NCBI GenBank assembly: GCA_031363785.1
Contig: JANLVB010000328.1
Span: 1-61,433 of the forward strand
DNA from: Betaproteobacteria bacterium
Lineage (GTDB): Bacteria > Pseudomonadota > Gammaproteobacteria > Burkholderiales > Burkholderiaceae_C
Reading direction: 5' to 3'
DNA length: 61,433 bases
The position numbers and the translations under genes were made by a program. How positions within the stretch are numbered: position 1 is the stretch's first letter; every line of letters starts with the position of its first letter. Below are positions 1 through 7,466 of the stretch, one piece after another. The notes below the pieces were generated by a model. That model saw nothing but the letters and a program-made list of their open reading frames with translations. It made no database searches and was not told the origin of the DNA.

Positions 1-119
1 CCCATGCGCCCCGGGCCAGCGCGGTCGGCGATCCGATTGCGCGGGCCAAAGTGTTCGCCAAGAAGCAGACGCTGGGGCGCCTGTCCTGGAAGAAGCTGCG
101 CGACGAGGGCCGCCGGTGA
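1..119 (+). CDS. 3' end of an antitoxin (Phd/VapB-like), truncated by the window edge
   Basis: Frame from nt 3 reads HAPRASAVGDPIARAKVFAKKQTLGRLSWKKLRDEGRR*; its TGA overlaps the GTG of the downstream PIN toxin (GTGA). Not in the ORF track. Confidence 0.7.
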   Translation, partial: HAPRASAVGDPIARAKVFAKKQTLGRLSWKKLRDEGRR

Positions 120-532
120 CTGGCTTTGTACTCGACGCCTCGGTCGCGCTTGCCTGGTGCTTCGACGACGAAGGCACACCGGCCGCCTGGGCGCTGCTTG
201 ACCGATTGCACCACGCGCCGGCGGTTGTACCAGCCTTGTGGGCGCTGGAGGTGGGCAACATCCTGCTTGGTTCCGAGAAACGCCGGCGCATCACCCAGGC
301 GCGCAGCGTCGAATTCCTGGGGATACTGGGTGCACTCGACATTCGCGTCGATCCAGACCAACCGGGGCGCGCATTTCGGGATGTGCTGCCGCTTGCGCGC
401 GCACAGCAGCTAACGACATACGACGCGAGCTACCTCGAACTGGCCATGCGCCTGGGGCTGCCACTGGCAACCAAGGACGCAGCTCTGGTGCGCGCGGCCA
501 CCACGCTACGCGTCGCAACACTTGCCGCCTGA
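116..532 (+). CDS. vapC: PIN-domain toxin (VapC family)
   Basis: FVLDASVALAW N-terminus, ALEVGN, LTTYDASYLELA..LPLATKD acidic PIN motifs; 138 aa. Confidence 0.9.
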   Translation: MTGFVLDASVALAWCFDDEGTPAAWALLDRLHHAPAVVPALWALEVGNILLGSEKRRRITQARSVEFLGILGALDIRVDPDQPGRAFRDVLPLARAQQLTTYDASYLELAMRLGLPLATKDAALVRAATTLRVATLAA

Positions 533-567
533 GGGCGGGACGGCCGCGCAGTGGGTGTCGGCCCGCG

Positions 568-1545
568 TCACTCAATCAACTCGTCGGAGCGCAGCAACAC
601 GCTGTACGGGATGGTGACGCCGAGCACCCTGGCGGTCCTGAGGTTGATCACCGTCTCCAGGCGGGCCGGCAACTCGACGGGCAGGCTCGACGGCGCTGCG
701 CCCTTGAAAATCCGGTCCGCATAATGCGCCAAACGACGATAACCATCGCGCAGGTTGGGTCCGTAGCTGGCGATGCACCCCGCCTGAGCGAATATGGCCC
801 AGCCAGAGACACACAAGATGCGCTCCTGCAACGCAAACGCTGCAATCCGCTGCGCACGGGCGACCATCCCCGCATCGGGAAAAACCACCATGCCCTGGCA
901 GTTCTGCAGGCGAATCTTCTGCAGGGCGGGCTCAAATTCTTCCGACGAACCTAACTCCACATAGACCACCTGCAATCCGAGCCGCTCGGCCGCCGCCAAC
1001 GACTCCCTGCGCTCGGCCAGTACGCCCGGGTGCTGCGGGTTGGCAAGTATCGCGACACGGCTCATCTTCGGCTCGATCAGCTTGATCAATTCCATGCGTT
1101 TGCCGACCAGTTCCAGCGCGAGAAAAGACATGCCTGTCGTACTGCCGCCGGGGCGGGCAAAACTCTGCACCAGGCCGGCCTCGACCGGATCGCCGCTGAA
1201 CGCGAACACCACAGGTATACGTCCGCCGGCCGCGCGGTGCACTGACGGCGCTGCCGGGCCAGTGACGACCACCATCGCTACTGAAAGGCGCAACATTTCG
1301 TCGATAACAGCGCGCACACTCGACTCATCGCGCTGTGTAATTCGCAGCTCGATACGCGGCGCCCTGGCGCCGGAATATCCCAACGCGTCCAGGCCGGCGC
1401 GAAAGTCGTCCAGCGTGCGGCCCGGATCGGCGAACGAAATCCAGCCGATTGGCTGCCTGGTTGCGGTGCTTTGCGCCACACTGGTGAGCGGCAGCAAGAG
1501 TACCCCGATGCCGGCACCGAGCATGAACTGACGGCGTTTCTTCAT
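568..1545 (-). CDS. ABC_sub_bind (PF04392-type) substrate-binding protein, copy D
   Basis: MKKRRQF signal-like start, DPVEAGLVQSFARPGG, GKRMELIK, SYGPN, INLRTARVLGVTIP..LLRSDELIE terminus. Confidence 0.9.
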   Translation of the reverse strand: MKKRRQFMLGAGIGVLLLPLTSVAQSTATRQPIGWISFADPGRTLDDFRAGLDALGYSGARAPRIELRITQRDESSVRAVIDEMLRLSVAMVVVTGPAAPSVHRAAGGRIPVVFAFSGDPVEAGLVQSFARPGGSTTGMSFLALELVGKRMELIKLIEPKMSRVAILANPQHPGVLAERRESLAAAERLGLQVVYVELGSSEEFEPALQKIRLQNCQGMVVFPDAGMVARAQRIAAFALQERILCVSGWAIFAQAGCIASYGPNLRDGYRRLAHYADRIFKGAAPSSLPVELPARLETVINLRTARVLGVTIPYSVLLRSDELIE

Positions 1546-1628
1546 TGAACCTCCTCATCGGCGCGCAGCAGCAGCGCATGCGTGATTGTCACGCCCAACA
1601 CCTTGGCCGAATTCTGGTTGACGATCAT
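1542..1628 (-). other. Mini-ORF consisting of an orphan ABC_sub_bind C-terminal tail (28 aa)
   Basis: MIVNQNSAKVLGVTITHALLLRADEEVQ*; ATG directly follows the ATPase TGA; stop overlaps the ATG of copy D; GAGGAGG inside the tail is a good SD for copy D. Confidence 0.8.
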
Positions 1629-2792
1629 TCAGCCTCCAAGTCGATGCCACGCGACGACCTGCACGCCCTGCACCATGTAACTGTCCCGCCCACCGTACAC
1701 CAGCACCGGCGCGGCGGCGGCTGCGCCAGCGTACCGCTGCCAGCGATGGCTGGGCTGCAGCCAGTCCGGGGAAAACGTGGCGCCCGACTTGATCTCCACG
1801 GCATGCAGTTGCCCCGCGTTTTCAAACAGCAGATCGATCTCTGTTCCATGGTTGTCGCGCCAGAAATAGATATCGGCCGGCAGGCCCTGGTTCCAGCGGT
1901 GCTTGATGGTTTCGGCCACCACCCAGGATTCAAAGATGGCGCCACGCAAAGCATGGGTTGCCAGGGTCTGGGCGCTGTCGATGCGCAACAGATGGCAGAG
2001 CAAGCCGGTATCCAGGAAATACAACTTGGGCATCTTGACCAGGCGCTTGCCGAAGTTCTGGTGGTAGGGCGACAACAAATGCACCAGGTAACTTGCCTGC
2101 AGCACCGTCAACCAGCTACGCGCCGTGGTGTGGCTGATGCCGCAATCGGCGGCCAGCGCGGACAGATTGAGCAGCTGCCCCGTGCGGGCAGCACACATCA
2201 GGACAAAGCGCTGAAACAAGCTCAAATCGGCCACATCCAGCAGCTGGCGCACATCGCGCTCGATATACGTTGCCGTGTAGGCGCCCAGCCACTGGCCCGG
2301 GCTGCTGAGTTGCCGACGCCGGTCGAAAAGCGCCGGGTAACCGCCCGCCCACACCACCTGCTCCAGCGTGCGGCCGGCCAATCCGGCCTGGGTCAGTTCC
2401 GGCAGCGACAACGGCAATAGCTGCACAAGCCCAACGCGACCCGCCAGCGACTGCGTGATGCGCTCGACCAGACCGAACTGCTGCGACCCCGTGATGACGA
2501 ACTCACCCATGCGTGCACGTTCGTCCACCACGCCCTGCAGGTAGGAAAAAAGTTCCGGGCACCGCTGCACCTCATCGAGCACGGCCCCATGAGGCAGATG
2601 CGCAAAGAACTGCCTCGGATCGGACACGACCCGCTGACGCGTTTCGAGGTCTTCCAGGGTGAAGTACGGCTTGTCCGCAAACACCTGGCGCGCCAGTGTC
2701 GTCTTGCCGGACTGGCGTGGCCCGGTCAGGGCCACCACCGGAAAGCCCCTGGCCAACTGGCCGAGCAAGCGGGAGGCATGGCGAACAATCAT
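1629..2792 (-). CDS. AAA+ ATPase (AAA_14 + DUF4143-type) with C-terminal PD-(D/E)xK-like motif
   Basis: Walker A GPRQSGKT, Walker B VLDEVQ, ITGS, GGYP, KLYFLDTGL, FES, EIDLL...AVEIKS. Confidence 0.88.
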   Translation of the reverse strand: MIVRHASRLLGQLARGFPVVALTGPRQSGKTTLARQVFADKPYFTLEDLETRQRVVSDPRQFFAHLPHGAVLDEVQRCPELFSYLQGVVDERARMGEFVITGSQQFGLVERITQSLAGRVGLVQLLPLSLPELTQAGLAGRTLEQVVWAGGYPALFDRRRQLSSPGQWLGAYTATYIERDVRQLLDVADLSLFQRFVLMCAARTGQLLNLSALAADCGISHTTARSWLTVLQASYLVHLLSPYHQNFGKRLVKMPKLYFLDTGLLCHLLRIDSAQTLATHALRGAIFESWVVAETIKHRWNQGLPADIYFWRDNHGTEIDLLFENAGQLHAVEIKSGATFSPDWLQPSHRWQRYAGAAAAAPVLVYGGRDSYMVQGVQVVAWHRLGG

Positions 2793-2829
2793 TTGTACAA
2801 ATTGAATAATCGATTTTCAAATTGTACAA
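2793..2829. promoter_or_regulatory. 37-bp AT-rich imperfect palindrome abutting the ATPase start codon (putative operator/promoter)
   Basis: TTGTACAAATTGAA-TAATCGATT-TTCAAATTGTACAA; 14-bp arms with one mismatch. Confidence 0.65.
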
Positions 2830-2952
2830 GACGGGCAGATCGTCCCGTTGGCACGCCGACGCCACGATCATGTCGCCGCGACCTCAGGGGTGCACAAGCA
2901 GGCTGTGCGCAAAGCGTTGCGACGCTGTTCGGCTCGGGATCGGCCCGGCGGC

Positions 2953-3945
2953 TCACTGGAACACCTCATCGGCCCGCAACAAAACCGATTGTGGGACTGT
3001 CAGGCCCAGGGCCTTGGCGGTCTTCAAATTGATGACCAGCTCGAACCGGGTCGGCTGCTCCACCGGCAGATCGGCCGGTTTGGCGCCCTTCAGAATCTTG
3101 TCGACCAAGCGGGCGGCCTGCCGATATTGTTCGGGCACGTTGGCGCCATACGCGACCAGGCCGCCGGCCTCGACATCTTCACGCGAAGGATAGATCACCG
3201 GCAGGTGGTGCTTGATCGACAGCGCCGCGGTCTGCTCGCGCAGCATGAACACCAACGGGTCGATCATGCGGATGGCAGCACCAGCACGCCCGCGCACTGC
3301 TGCTTCGAAAGCAACTCCCAGGTCAGCCGCCTTGCGAATCTCCAGCACCGGCGCCAGATCGATACCCAGCCGCACTGCCGCCGCTTGCGCGTTGTGCAAT
3401 TGCAGCGGCGCATTCTGCGAGTCCGGGTTGATGAATACGGCAACGCGACGGGCCGCTGGCACCATTTCCTTCAGCAGCTCCAGCCGTTTGCCTGCCAGCT
3501 CGGCCACGATGTTGGTGATGCCGGTGATATTGCCACCCGGGCGCGCCAGGCTCTGCACGATACCCGCGCCCACCGGGTCGGCCACCAGCACCACCACCAT
3601 GGGCAGGTTGCTGCTGGCTGCCTTGGCCGCCAGGCTGGCCGGTGTGGTGGAGACCAGCATCACGTCGGGCCTGCGCTCGACCAGTTCTTGCGCCAGTGCA
3701 GTCAACCTGTCACTCTTTCCTTCGGCATAACGTTCTTCCAGCAAATAGCCACCCGGCTCTGCATGTCCGAGTGCTCGCATGCCATTGCGAAAGGCAGCGA
3801 GAAATTGCCTGCTCGCCAACGCGCCACTGCCAGAGAGGTGGGCGATGCGGTAGGTCCGGCCGGTCGTTTGCGCCATCAATTGCGGTGCCACCAGCACGCT
3901 GCCACACGCCGCCAGAATGGAGCGCCGTTGCTTCTGCTGGCTCAT
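2953..3945 (-). CDS. ABC_sub_bind substrate-binding protein, copy C
   Basis: Start re-assigned to MSQQKQRRSILAA (ATGA overlap with the copy B stop); DPVGAGIVQSLARPGGNITG, GKRLELLKE, LLRADEVFQ*. Confidence 0.9.
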   Translation of the reverse strand: MSQQKQRRSILAACGSVLVAPQLMAQTTGRTYRIAHLSGSGALASRQFLAAFRNGMRALGHAEPGGYLLEERYAEGKSDRLTALAQELVERRPDVMLVSTTPASLAAKAASSNLPMVVVLVADPVGAGIVQSLARPGGNITGITNIVAELAGKRLELLKEMVPAARRVAVFINPDSQNAPLQLHNAQAAAVRLGIDLAPVLEIRKAADLGVAFEAAVRGRAGAAIRMIDPLVFMLREQTAALSIKHHLPVIYPSREDVEAGGLVAYGANVPEQYRQAARLVDKILKGAKPADLPVEQPTRFELVINLKTAKALGLTVPQSVLLRADEVFQ

Positions 3946-4936
3946 CGTATGACCTCGTCTGCCCGCAGCAACACCGATTGCGGGATGGTCAGGCCCAGTG
4001 CCTTGGCGGTCTTCAAATTGATGACCAGCTCGAACTTGGTCGGCCGCTCCACCGCCATCTCGGTAGGCTTGGCGCCCTTGAAAATGCGGTCGGCGTAGAT
4101 GGCGATGCGTTGGTACAGCCCGTACAGGCTGGCGCCGTAGGCCATCAGGCCACCATCCTCGACCTGCTCGCGCCACTCGTACATGGCGGGCAGATGGTGT
4201 TTCGCGGCCAGGGCGAGATCTGCTGGCGATCCCGCGTAAACGAGGTGTGGGCACCAACGAACAAGGCACCGGGGCGCTGCGTGACGATGGCCGTGAATGC
4301 GCGGCCATAGTCACTGCCTTGCACCTCGGTCACCAGCAACTCCGTTCCCAGCGCCGCCGCGGCCGAGCGGGTCTCCTGTACTTGCAGCCGCATCGCATGG
4401 TCGTCGGGCGGCGTCAGAAAGGCGATCTTTCTTGCCGCTGGCACGGCCGCCTTGATCAGCTCAAGTTTTTTGCCAGCGAGGGTGCCATCGGGAGCCATCA
4501 GCACCCCGGTCACGTTGCCACCGGGCCGTGCCAGGCTGGCGACCAGGCGAAGCGCCACCGGATCAAAGTTGCCAAACAGGATGATGGGGATGGTCGCGGT
4601 CGCCCCTTTCGCGGCACGCACCGCCGCTGCACCGACGGCGATGATGACATCGACCTTGGCCTGTACCAGCTCGCTTGCCAACGCCGGCAGCCTTTCAGCC
4701 TGGCCTTGCGCCCAGCGCGACTCAATCACCAGGTTGCGGCCTTCGACATAACCGAGTTCGCGCAGGGCCGTTGGAATGCCCTCCGCCACCAACTCCGTCG
4801 CGGCAATGGGTGCTGCGGTAGGCCGCAAGACACCGACGCGCCATACGCGCTCTGTGGCTTGCGCCTGGGACAAACGCTGGCCCGTGAGCAGGCTGCCAGC
4901 CAGCGCAGTTGTTATCAAGCGCCGTCGAATCGTCAT
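3942..4936 (-). pseudogene. ABC_sub_bind copy B with a single-base frameshift near 4217
   Basis: ORF 4145..4936 gives the N-terminal part up to RDRQQI; adding one base restores IxALAAKHHLPAMYEWREQVEDGGLMAYG...LLRADEVIR (ORF 3942..4184). Real lesion or assembly indel. Confidence 0.8.
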
Positions 4937-4983
4937 GCAGTTACCTCGTCAGCAAGCGCCAACTGGCCCTGTGGCCGGGCCAT
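4933..4983 (-). other. Degenerate ABC_sub_bind tail mini-ORF (16 aa)
   Basis: MARPQGQLALADEVTA*; GACGAGGTAACTGCATGA gives an SD-like GAGGT and an ATGA overlap with the copy B start. Confidence 0.55.
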
Positions 4984-5038
4984 GAACCAGGCAGTGCCAT
5001 GAGCGGCGCCCCCGCCTGAAACCTGACAAAATCCAACC

Positions 5039-5329
5039 ATGCGCCCTTCCGAAGCACTGTCATCAAACCGCGATCTGATTCTCACTCTGGCTGCCGCGCG
5101 CGGCGCCACTCGTATGCGTGTCTTCGGCTCTGTCGCAAATGGTCTTGACCACGAGGGCAGTGACCTGGATTTGTTGATCGACGTTCCCGACGGTACGTCG
5201 CTGCTGCGCATCGTCGGCCTGCAACTCGACATCGAGGATGCGCTGGGCGTGCCAGTGGACTTGTGCACAGAGCGCGAACTGCATCCGGACATGAGGAATC
5301 GCATCCTGGCGCAAGCCCGGCCGATATGA
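5039..5329 (+). CDS. Minimal nucleotidyltransferase antitoxin (MntA-like)
   Basis: GS-X10-DXD motif (GSVANGLDHEGSDLD); 96 aa; ATGA-coupled to the HEPN gene. Confidence 0.9.
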   Translation: MRPSEALSSNRDLILTLAAARGATRMRVFGSVANGLDHEGSDLDLLIDVPDGTSLLRIVGLQLDIEDALGVPVDLCTERELHPDMRNRILAQARPI

Positions 5330-5676
5330 GCGAGCGCGACGCACTGTTTCTGAATCACATATTGGCCGCGGTGGCAGATATCGAGAGTTTCACGACTGCC
5401 GGCCAGGCCGGCTTCATGCTGGATCGCAAGACCCAGAGTGCGGTCATCCGTCAGCTGGAAATCGTCGGCGAAGCGGTGAAGAACCTGAGTAAGGACTTGA
5501 CGGATCGCCATGCGTCCGTCCCCTGGCGTCAAATCGCAGGCACACGGGATCGGCTGATCCACGCTTATTTCAATGTTGACCTCGATGCAGTGTGGTCGAT
5601 GATCGAACAGGATTTGCCAAGGCTGTGCGCTGACGTGCAGCAAATCATCCAAAGCGCCCGGGTTGGCAAGAAGTAA
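5326..5676 (+). CDS. HEPN/DUF86 ribonuclease toxin (HepT-like)
   Basis: LEIVGEA, PWRQIAGTRDRLIHAY = R-X4-H-X-Y motif. Confidence 0.9.
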   Translation: MSERDALFLNHILAAVADIESFTTAGQAGFMLDRKTQSAVIRQLEIVGEAVKNLSKDLTDRHASVPWRQIAGTRDRLIHAYFNVDLDAVWSMIEQDLPRLCADVQQIIQSARVGKK

Positions 5677-5729
5677 CAGGGCCCACTGGTGCCCAATTGC
5701 CACTTGGTGCAGAGTCGATTCACCGGTCC

Positions 5730-5840
5730 TCACTGGATCACCTCATCGGCGCGCAGCAGCAATGCCTGTGGAATCTTCAAGCCAATCAACTTGGCCGATG
5801 ACATGCCCGCCGATGCGACAACAATTTTGCGCCGCCTCAT
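5730..5840 (-). other. 36-aa internally deleted mini ABC_sub_bind gene (N-terminus fused in frame to C-terminus)
   Basis: MRRRKIVVASAGMSSAKLIGLKIPQALLLRADEVIQ*; ATG overlaps the copy A stop. Confidence 0.8.
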
Positions 5841-6820
5841 TCAATCACCCGATTCGCGCGCAGCACGATACCCTGCGACAAAACGACGCCGAGAGCCTTG
5901 GCGGTGCGCATATTGACCACCATCTCGATCACCGTGGCCTGCCGCACCGGCAAGCTGGCCGGCTTGGCACCGTTCAGTACCTGCGCCACCATGTCGGCTG
6001 CGCTCCGGTAGGCCGCGGCGAAATCCACCCCATACGACACCAGCCCGCCCGCTTCGACCCACAGTGCGTTGTTGAACATGCCGGGCAGGCGGTGCTGCAA
6101 TGCCAGCTCCGGCAACTTGCGCCGCGCCGGCACGAACAGGCCGGAGCCCAGCGGCAGCACGGCATCCACCTTGCCGTGCGCAAAAGCGGCAAAGGCGGCG
6201 TCGTAGTCGTAGGGCGCAGTCTTGAACTCGTGCACCAGCAGCTCCAGGCCCAGCGTCTTGGCGGCCTCGCGTACCCGCGCGAGCTGGCGCAGCGTTGCCG
6301 AATCGGCCAGCACGCCGATCTTCTTGGCCTTGGGCAGCAGCTCCTTCATCAACTCCAGCCGCTTGGCGGCAAGCTCCTCCTGCAACTGGTAGACACCGGT
6401 GATGCGCCCGCCGGGCCGCGCCAGGCTGGCCACATGTCCCGTGGCCACCGGGTCGTAGTCGTTGGCGGCGATGATGATGGGCTGATCAAGCGTGGCCTGT
6501 TTCATCGCCACCAAGCTGGCCTCAGGGCCTGGTGCCAGGTAGATGTCGCATCTCTGGCGCGCCAGCTCCCGCGCCAGTTCGGGCAGCCGATCAACGTGCC
6601 CGTCGGCGTTGCGGTATTCGACGATCAGGTTTCGCCCCTCGGCAAACCCGAGCTCGCGCAGGCGCTCGAAAAACGCCAGGTTGTACGACTCGGTGCGTGG
6701 TGATCCGGTGGACAACCAGCCCAGTTTGTAACTGCGCGTCGCCTGCTGTGCCGCCAATCGCGTTGCAGGCAGGCAACCGGCGGCAAGCAGTGTCGTCACA
6801 CTCCTGCGGCGCTGGTTCAT
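5837..6820 (-). CDS. ABC_sub_bind substrate-binding protein, copy A
   Basis: MNQRRRSVTTLL, LRELGFAEGRNLIVEYR, DPVATGHVASLARPGG, AKRLELMKE, VNMRTAKALG...LRANRVIE*. Confidence 0.9.
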   Translation of the reverse strand: MNQRRRSVTTLLAAGCLPATRLAAQQATRSYKLGWLSTGSPRTESYNLAFFERLRELGFAEGRNLIVEYRNADGHVDRLPELARELARQRCDIYLAPGPEASLVAMKQATLDQPIIIAANDYDPVATGHVASLARPGGRITGVYQLQEELAAKRLELMKELLPKAKKIGVLADSATLRQLARVREAAKTLGLELLVHEFKTAPYDYDAAFAAFAHGKVDAVLPLGSGLFVPARRKLPELALQHRLPGMFNNALWVEAGGLVSYGVDFAAAYRSAADMVAQVLNGAKPASLPVRQATVIEMVVNMRTAKALGVVLSQGIVLRANRVIE

Positions 6821-6895
6821 GCCGCGCCCTGACGCCAATTCGGCAATCCATGCTCCATACTGGTCTCCCGGTAGTGGTCCAGCCCCCGATGATCC

Positions 6896-6912
6896 TGACA
6901 AGTGCCTTGTCA
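6896..6912. promoter_or_regulatory. Perfect 7-3-7 inverted repeat upstream of the SBP array
   Basis: TGACAAG-TGC-CTTGTCA in the intergenic region. Confidence 0.35.
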
Positions 6913-6980
6913 ATCGCACCGCTTTGCGGCAATCATGCCACGCATCGCAGGGCCGACAAAGCGGCACACGGCAAGCAGCT

Positions 6981-7466
6981 TCAGCTGGCAGCGTCGGTCA
7001 GCATGATGTGGCAGCACCCGCCGCCGCGCTGGGCGCTCCAGGTTTCGTTGCGAAACTGCACACCGGCGGCTTCGAACAGGCCCTTGTCGAAGGCCCCGGC
7101 GACGCGACACAAGGTGGCAATGGTGTCGTTGTCCAGGCCAGCCTCCTGCCAGGCGTCTTTCAGCGGGCAGCGTTTGACGCGGAACTCGATGCCGTTGGCG
7201 CGGCGCGTCACATCCGTCGGGTACATGCGGCCGTGGTCCGGGCTGATTGCCAGAAACGCTTCGCCCACCGCCAGCGCAGCGGGGCCCCGTTCCTTGAAAT
7301 AACCGCTGCCAACCTCGCGCCCGCGTTTCTCGACGATGCGCACCATCAGCGCTTCGCCCTGTTCGCGCCCGAGTTCGGCCACCAGCTCGGCGTGCATCAG
7401 CCGGTACAGGTCGGCGCGGTTGCGAAAACTGGCTTCCAGCTCATGGCGCAGGGTTTCTTCACTCAT
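6981..7466 (-). CDS. L-2-amino-thiazoline-4-carboxylate hydrolase-like (ATC_hydrolase) protein
   Basis: 161 aa with RCPLKDAW, LCRVAGAFD and C-terminal CCH pattern; last gene of the ABC operon. Confidence 0.65.
   Translation of the reverse strand: MSEETLRHELEASFRNRADLYRLMHAELVAELGREQGEALMVRIVEKRGREVGSGYFKERGPAALAVGEAFLAISPDHGRMYPTDVTRRANGIEFRVKRCPLKDAWQEAGLDNDTIATLCRVAGAFDKGLFEAAGVQFRNETWSAQRGGGCCHIMLTDAAS

Noticed and set aside
2848-4098. 416-aa plus-strand ORF with a repeated 'HLIGPQQ'-like motif, and similar ORFs at 238-954, 1545-2420 and 5663-6703
   Set aside because: Antisense translations of the SBP genes; the recurring motif is just the reverse complement of the conserved tail.
2953-4314. 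453-aa version of SBP copy C
   Set aside because: The first 123 residues are an off-frame reading of copy B; the real start is the ATG at 3945.
1-6980. Integron with attC sites
   Set aside because: No intI and no convincing RYYYAAC...GTTRRRY palindromic sites seen between genes; an IntegronFinder run would confirm.
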